Assembly (NCBI GenBank): GCA_963849535.1
Contig: CAWKHJ010000004.1
Coordinates: 195,977-259,976, forward strand
Length of the DNA stretch: 64,000 nucleotides
Origin: Terriglobia bacterium
GTDB lineage: Bacteria; Acidobacteriota; Terriglobia; Bryobacterales; Bryobacteraceae
Direction: 5' to 3'
In this document: positions 27,487-37,478 of the stretch, piece by piece
Layout of the letters: each line of letters opens with the position of its first letter
How positions within the stretch are numbered: the stretch's first letter is position 1
The notes under the pieces: model-generated
Told to the model about the DNA's origin: nothing
The model's database searches: none
What the model saw: the letters and a program-made list of their open reading frames with translations, nothing else
Translations under genes and position numbers: made by a program

Positions 27487-28503
27487 CTAAACATAGGGAG
27501 AACGAACAGGCGAACTGCGGAACAGCACAATGAGTCCGACGGCAAGCGTGGCGAAGGCGAGAGCCAGGAGCCAAGCCATGTGACGGTAGATCCGCGGAGG
27601 GCCCTGTGTAACGGGAGGCTGGTCAGAGTTGTCGGTTGCAGCAGCGTCGTTGCCGGCGGCGCGCAGAGACCCTGTGCCGGTGATCCCGGCGGAAAAGTTT
27701 CCTGCCGCAGCGACGTTGTAGATTGTCGCTTGGGTTTTCGGTTCGGTTCCGACTTTCTGGATATCCGTCCCAGACAACGTCACGCCAGGCGGCGCGATCA
27801 GCCGGAGCGGCCCGGCGCGCATTCCTTTCACTTCGGTGACGCGGCTGCGGAAGGTAAAGGGCGATCCGGCCGGCAGCACGTAGCTTACTTCAAACTCGGT
27901 TTGCCCCGGCTTGATGGGGAAATTCACTTTGAAAACGTTAGACTCTGCCGTTTTTTCAGCAGCACGAGGCAAGGGCATGCCCTGTGGTCCCTGAACGTTT
28001 ACGCGCGATTGGCCATTGGCGGCGGGCGGCAGGAAGAAGAGCAACCCACCGAGAGCGTCGTTGTTGTAAGTGGTGTTCGAATCGTTCTGAACGATTACGG
28101 TTTCGCTCACGGCGATTTGGCTGGATGAGGGCTCAATCAGCATCATGCGTTCAGCGATACGCGCGACAGCTGGAGACTTAGTGGCTTCGTAGATTTCAAG
28201 CTGCACGCCAGAAGTGGGGATGTTGGGCGTCAGCAGCTTGTTGTAATTGACGCCTTTATAGCTGGCCTGGAGAAGTTGCGGACCGCCACCCGGCTGATCG
28301 TGCTCAAAAAAAAAGCGGCCGCCTGGCCCGGAGGTCGTTGTGCCCAGGGTTTGCATACCGTTTTGGCCGGGCTTCAGCAACGTAACACTCACTCCCGCTT
28401 CGGGTTTACCGGTGGTGCGATTGAGCACCGTGCCATCGATTGCGGCAAATACGGGCAGCGAACAAAATAGAAACAGGGCAGTGTATTGGGGGGCGTACTT
28501 CAT
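27487..28503 (-). CDS. carboxypeptidase-regulatory-like domain protein with C-terminal membrane anchor
   Basis: It has a signal peptide, then DGTVLNRTTGKPEAGVSVTLLKPG...GRFFFE (CarboxypepD_reg-like), and a C-terminal TM segment WLLALAFATLAVGLIVLF. It lies directly upstream of ccmA. Confidence 0.55.
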   Translation of the reverse strand: MKYAPQYTALFLFCSLPVFAAIDGTVLNRTTGKPEAGVSVTLLKPGQNGMQTLGTTTSGPGGRFFFEHDQPGGGPQLLQASYKGVNYNKLLTPNIPTSGVQLEIYEATKSPAVARIAERMMLIEPSSSQIAVSETVIVQNDSNTTYNNDALGGLLFFLPPAANGQSRVNVQGPQGMPLPRAAEKTAESNVFKVNFPIKPGQTEFEVSYVLPAGSPFTFRSRVTEVKGMRAGPLRLIAPPGVTLSGTDIQKVGTEPKTQATIYNVAAAGNFSAGITGTGSLRAAGNDAAATDNSDQPPVTQGPPRIYRHMAWLLALAFATLAVGLIVLFRSSPVRSPYV

Positions 28504-28783
28504 GCGGAAGGGGGCGAGCGAGTTATCTACCCCTCAATTTTAGCTGGTTGCCCGTAGTGTGAATCCGGCTCGAGGCCGATATGGCAGGCGGGAGGCCCGC
28601 TCCACTAGACAGCGCCGACGGCGGGAGTTTGCCAGCGGAACAGAAAGAAGTGACGGTTACAGAGGGAACAGCGATACGGCAGGATAATCCAGTGCAGAGC
28701 TTTCTCGAGACGGTTCCGGGTACCTACGCTTCTAAAACCAATGGACCTGCAATGCGGACAATGTGTAGAGAACATAGCGATTC

Positions 28784-29143
28784 TTACGACTGAAGTGGCT
28801 GCGGACCTCGCCAGCCGGCTCCAGTTTGATTGGTAGTGGCCGGCCTGCGCGGAGACTTTCTCTTCATGAGCGCGGCGTTTCGTGCCTCTTTGCAGGCTTG
28901 TGAGTGCATGCGCATCTGCTCCTCAGTGAAAGTAATCGCGTGCTGCGGGTCGCCTTCAGGGCAGCGCTCCAAAAGGCCGCGGCAGAGTAGAGGGAGTTCC
29001 TGCATTTGAATGCCGTATTTTCGCGTAAGAGCCAAGTCGGCCCGCACCGAGTATTCGGACCGGGTTCGATCGGCCGAAGTGCCCTGGAATGTGAAGACAC
29101 GAAATCCAATATCCTGCTTGAAACCTGTAAGAGTGAACTCCAC
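28784..29143 (-). CDS. hypothetical protein
   Basis: 119-aa ORF (MEFTLTGFKQDIGFRVFTFQG...ELPLLCRGLLERCPEG) with a coding-like composition. I recognise no family. Confidence 0.45.
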   Translation of the reverse strand: MEFTLTGFKQDIGFRVFTFQGTSADRTRSEYSVRADLALTRKYGIQMQELPLLCRGLLERCPEGDPQHAITFTEEQMRMHSQACKEARNAALMKRKSPRRPATTNQTGAGWRGPQPLQS

Positions 29144-29397
29144 TTATATACTCCTTACTTTCTCAACATCTGTTGTAGCGGTCGGATTCTTCCCCTTGCG
29201 CGCTGATCACGGCTTCATTAGTAAGCATGAGAGATACAGTACGAAAACGCGCAGAGAAGTTACTCGCTTCGCGTTTCTAAGGAGGAGGGATCAGACGATC
29301 TGACTTAGTTCAGATAACCTGCGGGCGCGCAATAGCGCTCGCCCATCGACTACTATAACTTGAATATCTCTATTTGTCAACAATTTAGAGCGCCTAC

Positions 29398-29805
29398 TCA
29401 GGTCATAGACTTGCCGCACTCACCGCAAAACTTCAGAGCTTGCGGAAACCGGGCTCCACAATGCGGGCATTTGGCCGCTACGGCTGCATTCTTCCCCGGC
29501 GGCGACTTCGAAATGGGGCGAGCGGGAACGAGGCCGAGGCGGCGAACTGTCTCTTCTATTTCGGCGAGAACGAGGGCCAGTTCTTTTTGCAGCGCCTGCT
29601 TGTTCTGCTGATAATCGCCGTCCGACAATTTGCCCAACCGGTATTCGAACTGCAGATCCCGAAGATTTCCATAAATGGCCTGCTTACGGTCTTCAAGATG
29701 CTGAATCGGGGAGATGGGAATCGGATCCGGGATATCACTGTCGCGCACGCCGAGGGTGAAATAGAGGGCCGCCAGCACAATGACGACGGATACAGCAATG
29801 ATCAT
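29398..29805 (-). CDS. membrane-anchored coiled-coil protein with C-terminal zinc-ribbon
   Basis: It has an N-terminal TM (MIIAVSVVIVLAALYF) and a C-terminal CPHCGARFPQALKFCGECG. Its ATG overlaps the ccmH stop (ATGA), which indicates translational coupling. Confidence 0.6.
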   Translation of the reverse strand: MIIAVSVVIVLAALYFTLGVRDSDIPDPIPISPIQHLEDRKQAIYGNLRDLQFEYRLGKLSDGDYQQNKQALQKELALVLAEIEETVRRLGLVPARPISKSPPGKNAAVAAKCPHCGARFPQALKFCGECGKSMT

Positions 29806-30455
29806 TTGGGTGTGCCGGCTGATCCTGGACGGTTTGGATCAGCATCTGGCGTGTCATTCTCGATTTCACGATCAATCTGGTCCCGAAAACGCGCGATAAG
29901 CGATTCGTCAACAGCAGTAAGTGGCTCTGGCACTTTCCTGTGACGCCGAACGAAGGCGGAGTAAATGAAAAAGCCAATAATCAGCACAAGGGCCGGCATC
30001 ACCCAGGTGACGATCGGGCCGAATCCCTCGGCCGGAGGCGAAGCAAGCGCAACAATACCCTCCTCACGTACGATTGCGTTCACGACCGCGTTGTCGCTCA
30101 TGCCCTTAGCTTTCAAGTTATAAATGCGGTGGCGAAGCGGATCAGCAGAACTGCAGCGCATCATGGGGCAGTCTCCCACAGTGTTGCGGCAGCCTCCGCA
30201 GCGGCAAGCTAACTTGCTTCCCACGCGGATAACGTCAGGGCTAAGAAAGGACGCATCCTGCGCGACCAGAGCGGCAAGAACCGCAAAGAAGGCCAAAAGG
30301 AGCAGCACAGGCCGCCATGTGCGCCGCCAAGCAAACACACGGGTTCGGCGGACTTGGGCGCGACATCGCGAGTCCGCTGTGCGCCATCTTGTGTGGTGTT
30401 TAAGATTGAACCGTTGCAGGGGCACTGGCAAAACCAACCACTTCCGTTCGTGCAT
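29802..30455 (-). CDS. ccmH: cytochrome c-type biogenesis protein CcmH/NrfF family (start uncertain, possibly GTG 30338)
   Basis: It has a Cys cluster LACRCGGCRNTVGDCPMMRC followed by GMSDNAVVNAIVREEG and a TM helix (IVTWVMPALVLIIGFFIY). The track ORF overlaps the ccmF 3' end by 56 nt. Confidence 0.75.
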   Translation of the reverse strand: MHERKWLVLPVPLQRFNLKHHTRWRTADSRCRAQVRRTRVFAWRRTWRPVLLLLAFFAVLAALVAQDASFLSPDVIRVGSKLACRCGGCRNTVGDCPMMRCSSADPLRHRIYNLKAKGMSDNAVVNAIVREEGIVALASPPAEGFGPIVTWVMPALVLIIGFFIYSAFVRRHRKVPEPLTAVDESLIARFRDQIDREIENDTPDADPNRPGSAGTPK

Positions 30456-32412
30456 ACTGCAGGCGCACTTTCCCGGGAATCAGGCAAATGATGGTTCCAC
30501 CGAGCACTACGAAGTAGCCGATCCAGATCCACGAGACCAGCGGAAAGACATACATTTGAAAGATCGCTTTGGTGTTATCCGGCGATATGCCCGAGAAGTT
30601 GACGTACAGATCTTCGTTCAGCCGCCGCCGGATACCAACCAGAGAAGCTTGTTCCTGGCTCGATTTATACAGGCGGATCTCAGGGTCGAGCTGATCAATC
30701 ACCTGTCCATTCCGCGAAACGTCTATGATTGCATGGCTGAACTCGTAATTGGCATTCTCGCCGTTAGTCACGCTGAGCAGCTTCAGATCGTAGTGCCCGA
30801 AGCGCAAACTCTGATTCAGCCCCACGCTGCGCGTCTCGTGGAGGTCGAATGCCCTGCCGGTAAAACCGATGAACATGATGACAATGCCCATGTGCACCAG
30901 ATATCCGCCATAACGGCGCGTATTGCGGGAAGTGAGTTCGAAGGCGGCGCGCGGCAAAGCGACATGCTCTTTCAGTTGAATCGCTCGCGAGCCTTTCCAA
31001 AACTCACTCACGATGGTGGTAATCACGAACGCGCACAGGCCGAATGAGAGCAGAGGAGCGAGGCTGCGAATACCTGACGCGAGTAGCGTAACGATCACCG
31101 CCAGGCCTGTGATGCCCGGAATCAGAAACGCCCGCCGAAGACTGTTAAGCGAACTCTTGCGCCAGGCGATCAGCGGGCCGACACCGGTCAGCAGCAACAG
31201 AAACAGGCCGATGGGCACATTCACCCGGTTGTAGTAAGGAGCATCGATAGTTTCCTTCTCGCCGGTCAGTGCTTCCATCAGCACCGGGAACAGAGTCCCC
31301 CAAAGCACGGCGAAGCAGCTCGCCAGCAGGATCAAGTTATTAAATAAGAAACTCGATTCACGTGAAATGACGCTCTCGAGTTTCACCTCGCTTCTGAGGT
31401 ATGGCAGGTTCCGAACGATTGCTATGGCGGTCAATGCTGTCGCGGTAAGTACAAAAGTAGTGAAATATGGCTTGACCGGCGACTGCGCAAAGGCATGCAC
31501 GGACGCTACCAGCCCGGTGCGGGTCAACGTGGTGCCCAGAATACTGAGCAGGAAGGTAGCCGAAACCAGCACCATGTTCCAGACCTTCATCATGCCTTTT
31601 TTTTCCTGCATCATCACAGAATGAAGGAAAGCAGTGGCCGTAATCCAGGGCATGAGGGAAGCATTCTCGACCGGGTCCCACACCCAGTAACCGCCCCACC
31701 CGAGCACGGTGTACGCCCAATACATACCGAGTGAAACCCCAGTGCTTTGGAAGAGCCAGGTTACGATCGCCCAACGGCGCGTGGTGTGGATCCAACCTTC
31801 GCCCGGTTGCTTTGTGATCAGCGAAGCCATGGCGAAGGCAAAGGGCACGGTGAAACCGACATAGCCGAGATAGAGCATCGGCGGATGGATCGCCATGGTC
31901 CACCACTGCAGAAGCGGGCTCAAGCCATTGCCGTCGCCTACATCGATGACGCCGCGGCCGGCCATGAGTACTTGAAACGGACTCGCTACGAACGAAATCA
32001 TGCCGACGAAGAAGGCGAGCGTCGTCATCATGATGGCGATCACGATCGGCATCATGTCGCGGAATTTGCGCCGGTTCGTCCAGACCACAACTGCGGAATA
32101 AGAAGAAAGAATCCAACTCCAGAAGAGGAGCGAACCTTCCTGACCGCCCCACCACGCTGTGAACTTGTACAGCGTCGACATGGCCTTATTACTGTGTGCG
32201 GCGACATAAGCCAGCCGGTAGTCGCCTTTAAGAAGCGAGGCAACCAGGATGCCGGAGGCCAGAGTGAGCAGCAGCCAAATCGAGTAAACCGCGCGCTCGG
32301 CGCTCACCACTAGAAAAGGACGGCGGCTATACTTGCCGACTACGGACGCCACAATTGCGAAGACTGCCAGACAAAAGGCAATCAGGATAGAGAGCGCGCC
32401 GATATTTTCCAT
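30400..32412 (-). CDS. ccmF: haem lyase CcmF
   Basis: 670-aa polytopic protein with WWGGQEGSLLFWSW and the WWD-type motif GGYWVWDPVENASLMPW. Confidence 0.9.
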   Translation of the reverse strand: MENIGALSILIAFCLAVFAIVASVVGKYSRRPFLVVSAERAVYSIWLLLTLASGILVASLLKGDYRLAYVAAHSNKAMSTLYKFTAWWGGQEGSLLFWSWILSSYSAVVVWTNRRKFRDMMPIVIAIMMTTLAFFVGMISFVASPFQVLMAGRGVIDVGDGNGLSPLLQWWTMAIHPPMLYLGYVGFTVPFAFAMASLITKQPGEGWIHTTRRWAIVTWLFQSTGVSLGMYWAYTVLGWGGYWVWDPVENASLMPWITATAFLHSVMMQEKKGMMKVWNMVLVSATFLLSILGTTLTRTGLVASVHAFAQSPVKPYFTTFVLTATALTAIAIVRNLPYLRSEVKLESVISRESSFLFNNLILLASCFAVLWGTLFPVLMEALTGEKETIDAPYYNRVNVPIGLFLLLLTGVGPLIAWRKSSLNSLRRAFLIPGITGLAVIVTLLASGIRSLAPLLSFGLCAFVITTIVSEFWKGSRAIQLKEHVALPRAAFELTSRNTRRYGGYLVHMGIVIMFIGFTGRAFDLHETRSVGLNQSLRFGHYDLKLLSVTNGENANYEFSHAIIDVSRNGQVIDQLDPEIRLYKSSQEQASLVGIRRRLNEDLYVNFSGISPDNTKAIFQMYVFPLVSWIWIGYFVVLGGTIICLIPGKVRLQYARTEVVGFASAPATVQS

Positions 32413-32423
32413 TTAGGTACCGA

Positions 32424-32852
32424 TTAACCGATACGGGAAGCCTGATGCAAGACTCCGCGCTGATCCGGCTTCGCCTCATACTTCGAGGCGCACTTGGCCT
32501 GGATTTTACTGGCTTGGAAAACTCCGTCCGGTCCAAGCCGTCCGTCAGCTAAGGCCTGTGCGTTGTCCCTGAAGGTATCTGGAAGCGGATCGGTTCCCGA
32601 GTACAAGACCTTCAGAGTCTTTTGGCCCTGATGAAGCACAAAGGCTACTCCCATGGCATTCTTCACGATGGAACCAGGCTGCACATCGCCGCCGACCCGC
32701 AGACGTTCATGCTGCGCGGCACTTCCCATCTGCTCGAGTTCGGGTATTGTCTTGTAGTACGCCTTGGTATCCTTGACGCCGCCAACAGCCAGCCAGAGCA
32801 GCGAGCCGACGATTAAGGCCATCAGAATCCCAAATTTCGCGTACGTCTTCAT
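32424..32852 (-). CDS. ccmE: haem chaperone CcmE, CxxxY variant
   Basis: It has an N-terminal anchor, then RLRVGGDVQPGS, then KIQAKCASKYEAKP. The last segment aligns with the canonical LAKHDENY haem-binding motif, with Cys121 in place of His. Confidence 0.85.
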   Translation of the reverse strand: MKTYAKFGILMALIVGSLLWLAVGGVKDTKAYYKTIPELEQMGSAAQHERLRVGGDVQPGSIVKNAMGVAFVLHQGQKTLKVLYSGTDPLPDTFRDNAQALADGRLGPDGVFQASKIQAKCASKYEAKPDQRGVLHQASRIG

Positions 32853-32950
32853 AGATTTAGGGCTGAAGCTTCAGTATAGCCCCGCCCGGCGAGCCATCCC
32901 GGCGCTAGATTTGAATTAGAAGCTACTTCAACTTCCGTCCAGGTTTAAAG

Positions 32951-34982
32951 ATGTGCGCTGAAAAGAAATTGTCAAATCCGAGCAGACGGACGTTTAACGC
33001 TGCTCTTACTGGAGCGGTTAGTGTCGCTCCGATGCTCGCCCAGCAAACTGCCGCGCCTGCGCCCGTTTCGCCTACTCACCAGGCTCCGCAGAACGCCAAT
33101 TCCACGCCCCAGAACACCAGCGTGCCCAAGCGGCACGGCTTGCCCCCGGAGTTGCCGCCCTTCGGCGAAGCGATTACCTTCACCAGGAAAGAAGCGCCGC
33201 GCAAGATCTCTTCCTTTGCGATGACGGAGGTCCACCTCCTGCCGGGAATTTTTCAGGATTCGCAGCAAGCCAATTTCAATTACCTGAAGGCGCTCGATTC
33301 CGACCGGCTCCTGCGCAACTTTCGCGTGAATGCCGGCTTGCCTTCCGAGGCACAGCCGCTCGGCGGTTGGGAAGCTCCCGATTGCGAGCTCCGCGGACAT
33401 TTCGCCGGACACTATCTCTCGGCCTGCGCGCTGATGTATTCGTCAACCGGAGACGATGCAATCAAAGCTAAAGCAGATGGCATGGTGGCGGAGCTGGCCA
33501 AGTGTCAGGCGAAACTGGGCGGCGGCTATCTCAGCGCGTTTCCAATCGAATTTTTCGACCGCTTAAACGCTCGCCAGAAAGTCTGGGCACCGTTTTACAC
33601 CATCCACAAGATTATGGCCGGGATGTACGACATGCATGAGCACTGCGGAAACCAGCAAGCCCTGCAGATTCTCCAGGGCATGGCCCAATGGACCGACAAC
33701 TGGACCGCTCCGATCCCGGAGGAGCACATGCAGGACATTCTAAACACAGAGTATGGCGGCATGAATGAAGTGCTCTACAACCTGGCGGGGGTAACCGGAG
33801 ACGACCATTACGCCGTAGTCGGAGATCGCTTCACCAAGAAGAAATTCTTCAATCCGCTTGCCTTGCGGCGCGACGAACTCCGCGGGCTGCACGTGAACAC
33901 GCATATCCCACAGGTCATCGGAGCAGCCCGGCGGTATGAGCTCTCGAGCGATGAACGGTTTCATGATGTAGCGGACTTCTTTTGGTGGGAGGTTACCAGC
34001 GCTAGGGCGTATGTAACGGGTGGAACCAGTAATGGAGAAGCCTGGCTGGTTGAGCCTCGACGCTTAGGCGCCGAGCTGAAGAAAAGCTCTAACACGACCG
34101 AATGTTGTTGCGCTTACAACATGTTGAAACTAACGCGGCACCTATACCAATGGACGGGCGACCCGCGCTACTTCGACTACTACGAACGAACTCTGCTCAA
34201 CCACCGCATTGCGGCGATCAACCGCCAGACCGGAGCGACACAGTACTATCTCTCCATCGTTCCCGGAGCGTGGAAAACGTTTAACACCGAGAATGCCTCG
34301 TTTTGGTGCTGCACGGGAACGGGCGTCGAAGAATTTTCGAAATTGAACAACAGCATCTATTTTCACGACGGCGCCGGACTTTATGTCAACCTGTTTGTCC
34401 CATCGGAACTGAATTGGAAGGAGAAGAAGATCAAATTGCGGCAGGAGACTCGATTTCCTGAGTCGACGCCGTACAGCGTTTCATTTCAGCACGCCCGAGC
34501 CCGTACGGATGCCCTTGCATATCCGTGTTCCTTACTGGGCCGGAGCAGACGCTTCAGTCAAAGTCAACGGCCAGACAATCGAAGCGACGCCTAGCCCGGC
34601 AAGTTATTTCACGATCACGAGAACCTGGCGCGACGGAGATCTCGTGGAAGTGAATTTCCCGATGTATCTGCATATCGAGGCGATGCCCGATGAACCGACG
34701 ACCCAAGCCTTTCTATACGGTCCGCTAGTGCTGGCCGGGAAATTGGGAACGGCCGGCCTAACCACCGCGGACACGGTGGGCGAAATGGGGCCGGAGGTTA
34801 GCAAGCACCCAATCGATGTACCCGCTCTGAACACATCGGGCGCCGGTTTGAAGGCATGGTTGAAGCCCGCGCCGAACCAGGCGCTTGCGTTTGAAACGGC
34901 CGGACAAGAGCGCAACCTGACATTTGTTCCTTTCGACCGTCTATTCGGCGAACGCTACTCGGTCTATTGGACCGTTACTTAG
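32951..34982 (+). pseudogene. glycoside hydrolase family 127 (DUF1680, beta-L-arabinofuranosidase-like), single frameshift
   Basis: It has a Tat-like leader (SRRTFNAAL) and GHFAGHYLSACALMY, VWAPFYTIHKIMAGMYD motifs. The reading frame changes near 34483-34490 (GTTTCATTTC): ..FPESTPYSVSF | HFSTPEPVRMPLHIRVPYWAG.. This joins track ORFs 32951..34594 and 34509..34982. Confidence 0.8.
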
Positions 34983-35004
34983 TCTTAGCCGCTCGCGGCT
35001 CCGT

Positions 35005-35250
35005 ATGCTTGACGAAATCAACATATATGTCGACGGAGAATCTTTCGCCGTTCCGGCAGGTTGCACGGTAGCGGTTGCGGCGGCCATCGCCGGCCGGCCG
35101 TGCCGCCGCTCCGTTACGGGCCAGCCGCGCGGGCCGCTTTGCGGTATGGGCATCTGCTTCGAATGCCGCGTGTCTGTCAACGGTAAAGCTCATCTTCGAA
35201 GCTGTCAGATTATGGTGCGGCCAGGTATGGACGTGCGAACCGGTGGCTAA
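35005..35250 (+). CDS. (2Fe-2S)-binding protein (HcnA / opine-oxidase small-subunit-like)
   Basis: 81 aa with MLDEINIYVDGESFAVPAGCTV...PRGPLCGMGICFECRVSVNG. Confidence 0.75.
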   Translation: MLDEINIYVDGESFAVPAGCTVAVAAAIAGRPCRRSVTGQPRGPLCGMGICFECRVSVNGKAHLRSCQIMVRPGMDVRTGG

Positions 35251-36532
35251 CGAATTCCGCAAGGAGTTCGATGTGCTCGTGGTGGGCGCCGGGCCGGCTG
35301 GTCTCGCGGCGGCCGCTGCTAGTTCAGAATGTGGGGCTCGCACCGCGATCGTCGATGATAATGCCGCTCCTGGCGGGCAGATCTGGCGTGGCCAATCCCT
35401 CGAACGGTATTCGGAGCTGTCAGGCTGGGCCGCGAAATTGCGCAAAGGGCGAGTGGAGATTCTCTGCGGAGCATGCGTCACGCACGGTGAGGTAGAGAAG
35501 CGAACTTTGTTCGCCGAAACGGCAGACGGGCTCCTCATACTCGGTTACGCCAAACTGATTCTGGCTACCGGCGCGCGAGAGCGCTTTCTGCCTTTCCCCG
35601 GCTGGACGCTGCCAAATATAATGGCGGCCGGAGGCCTGCAAGCGATGGTGAAATCGGGTCTTCCTATCCGCGGGAAACGCGTTATGGTGGCTGGCACTGG
35701 ACCGCTTCTCCTTGCAGTGGCAGCGCATCTAGGCGAGTGCGGCGCAGAAATCCGCATGCTATGCGAGCAGGCGTCGTGGCCGGCGCTGGCTGGCTTCGCT
35801 CTAAGCTTGTGGTCCCAGCCTGCGAAAATGCGCGAGGCGTTCGCACTGAAGCATAAACTTTCAGGCATTCCGTTCGCCGCCGGTAGCTGGCCCCTGCGCG
35901 CGCTCGGCAACGAAGCGCTCGAAAGTGTAGTCTTATCGTGCAACGGGACGGCCCGGGAGATTGCTTGCGATTACCTGGCCTGCGGGTTTCACTTGCTGCC
36001 AAACACCGAGTTAGCGGCTCTCCTCGGCTGTGGCATGCGCAACGGCTATGTTGAGGTGGATGGGTGGCAGCAGTCATCCGTTCCAGACGTGTTCTGCGCA
36101 GGCGAACTCACTGGGATCGGCGGCCTCGAACTCTCGGTCATAGAAGGTCAAATCGCTGGCTTAGCGGCGGGCGGCCGCACTGAACGCATGCGGCCTTTGC
36201 ATCAGCGCCGCCGAAAATTGCAGAGCTTCGCGCGCAAACTCGAAAGCACTTTCGAGCTCAGGCCCGAGCTGAAATCGCTGCCGGACAACAACACGATCGT
36301 GTGCCGTTGTGAAGACGTGACCCACGCGCGTCTCGCTCAGCAACCCTCGTGGCGATCTGCCAAGCTCCACGCGCGCTGTGGAATGGGTCCGTGTCAGGGC
36401 CGTGTATGCGGCCCGGCAACTCAGTTCTTATACGGCTGGGCGCCCGACTCAGTGCGGCCGCCCATCTTTCCAACTCGGTTTCCGAGCCTGGCAGCATCGG
36501 AGTGCAACTCCTGCGAACTACAAAACAGATGA
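35243..36532 (+). CDS. FAD/NAD(P)-binding oxidoreductase with C-terminal BFD-like [2Fe-2S] domain (HcnB/OoxA-like)
   Basis: It has a dinucleotide fold (FDVLVVGAGPAGLAAAAA) and a C-terminal CRCEDVT...CGMGPCQGRVCG. The start is taken at the GTG overlapping the upstream stop. Confidence 0.8.
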   Translation: MANEFRKEFDVLVVGAGPAGLAAAAASSECGARTAIVDDNAAPGGQIWRGQSLERYSELSGWAAKLRKGRVEILCGACVTHGEVEKRTLFAETADGLLILGYAKLILATGARERFLPFPGWTLPNIMAAGGLQAMVKSGLPIRGKRVMVAGTGPLLLAVAAHLGECGAEIRMLCEQASWPALAGFALSLWSQPAKMREAFALKHKLSGIPFAAGSWPLRALGNEALESVVLSCNGTAREIACDYLACGFHLLPNTELAALLGCGMRNGYVEVDGWQQSSVPDVFCAGELTGIGGLELSVIEGQIAGLAAGGRTERMRPLHQRRRKLQSFARKLESTFELRPELKSLPDNNTIVCRCEDVTHARLAQQPSWRSAKLHARCGMGPCQGRVCGPATQFLYGWAPDSVRPPIFPTRFPSLAASECNSCELQNR

Positions 36533-37458
36533 ACACGAAAATAGAAATGAAATGGGAAGGCGTGATGCCCGCCATCACTACCTGCTTCGACGGGAACGGC
36601 AACGTAGACCACCATTTCATAAAGCGGCACTGCCAGTGGCTGCTCGACAACGGCTGTACGGGAATTGTTGCTCTTGGCTCGCTGGGCGAAGGAGCCACTT
36701 TGTCATTCGAAGAGAAGCTTCAGATTCTGGGCACGTGCCGGAGCACTACACGCGATCGCGCGCCGCTGGTCGCCGCGATCTCCGCGCTGTCCACGGAGGA
36801 AGCGGTGAAGCTCGCAGAGGCCGCCGCGGAACTTCAATGCGATGGGCTGATGGTACTTCCGCCCTACCTGTACCAGGGGGATTGGCGCGAAATCAAGGCC
36901 CATATCGCGGCCGTGTTCCGCGGGACTCCGCTCTCCTGCATGCTTTACAACAACCCCATTGCATACGGAACCGACTTTATTCCTGAGCAGGTGGCCGAGC
37001 TTGCCGCGGAACACAAGAATTTCCACTCCGTGAAGGAATCCAGCACCGACGTGCGACGCGTTTCCGGTATTCGCGCACTGCTCGGAAAGCGCCTCAAGAT
37101 TCTCGTCGGCGTAGACGACGCCATCGTAGAAGCAATCGGGGCCGGCGCCAGCGGCTGGATCGCCGGTCTCGCCAACGCTCTGCCGCGCGAATCGGTAGAA
37201 CTATTTAATCTGGCTGTGAACGGCGAATCTGACAAGGCTTTCGAACTCTACCGCTGGTTTCTGCCGCTGCTGCGAATGGACACGGTAGTCAAATTCGTTC
37301 AGCTCATTAAACTCGTTCAGACGGAAGTCGGAATGGGAAATGCCCGCGTTCGCCCGCCACGTCTTGAAATCACAGGCCAGGAACTCGAGCGGAGCCGGCA
37401 GGTGATTCAACATGCTCTCGAGAACCGGCCGCGGCAATACATGACGCAGGCTGTCTGA
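36529..37458 (+). CDS. dihydrodipicolinate synthase family protein (DapA-like aldolase/deaminase)
   Basis: It reads MPAITTCFDGNGNVDHHFIKRHCQWLLDNGCTGIVALGSLGEGATLSFEEK. The ATG overlaps the upstream stop (ATGA). Confidence 0.85.
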   Translation: MNTKIEMKWEGVMPAITTCFDGNGNVDHHFIKRHCQWLLDNGCTGIVALGSLGEGATLSFEEKLQILGTCRSTTRDRAPLVAAISALSTEEAVKLAEAAAELQCDGLMVLPPYLYQGDWREIKAHIAAVFRGTPLSCMLYNNPIAYGTDFIPEQVAELAAEHKNFHSVKESSTDVRRVSGIRALLGKRLKILVGVDDAIVEAIGAGASGWIAGLANALPRESVELFNLAVNGESDKAFELYRWFLPLLRMDTVVKFVQLIKLVQTEVGMGNARVRPPRLEITGQELERSRQVIQHALENRPRQYMTQAV

Positions 37459-37478
37459 CGCTCCTCAGATTCCGCCCT

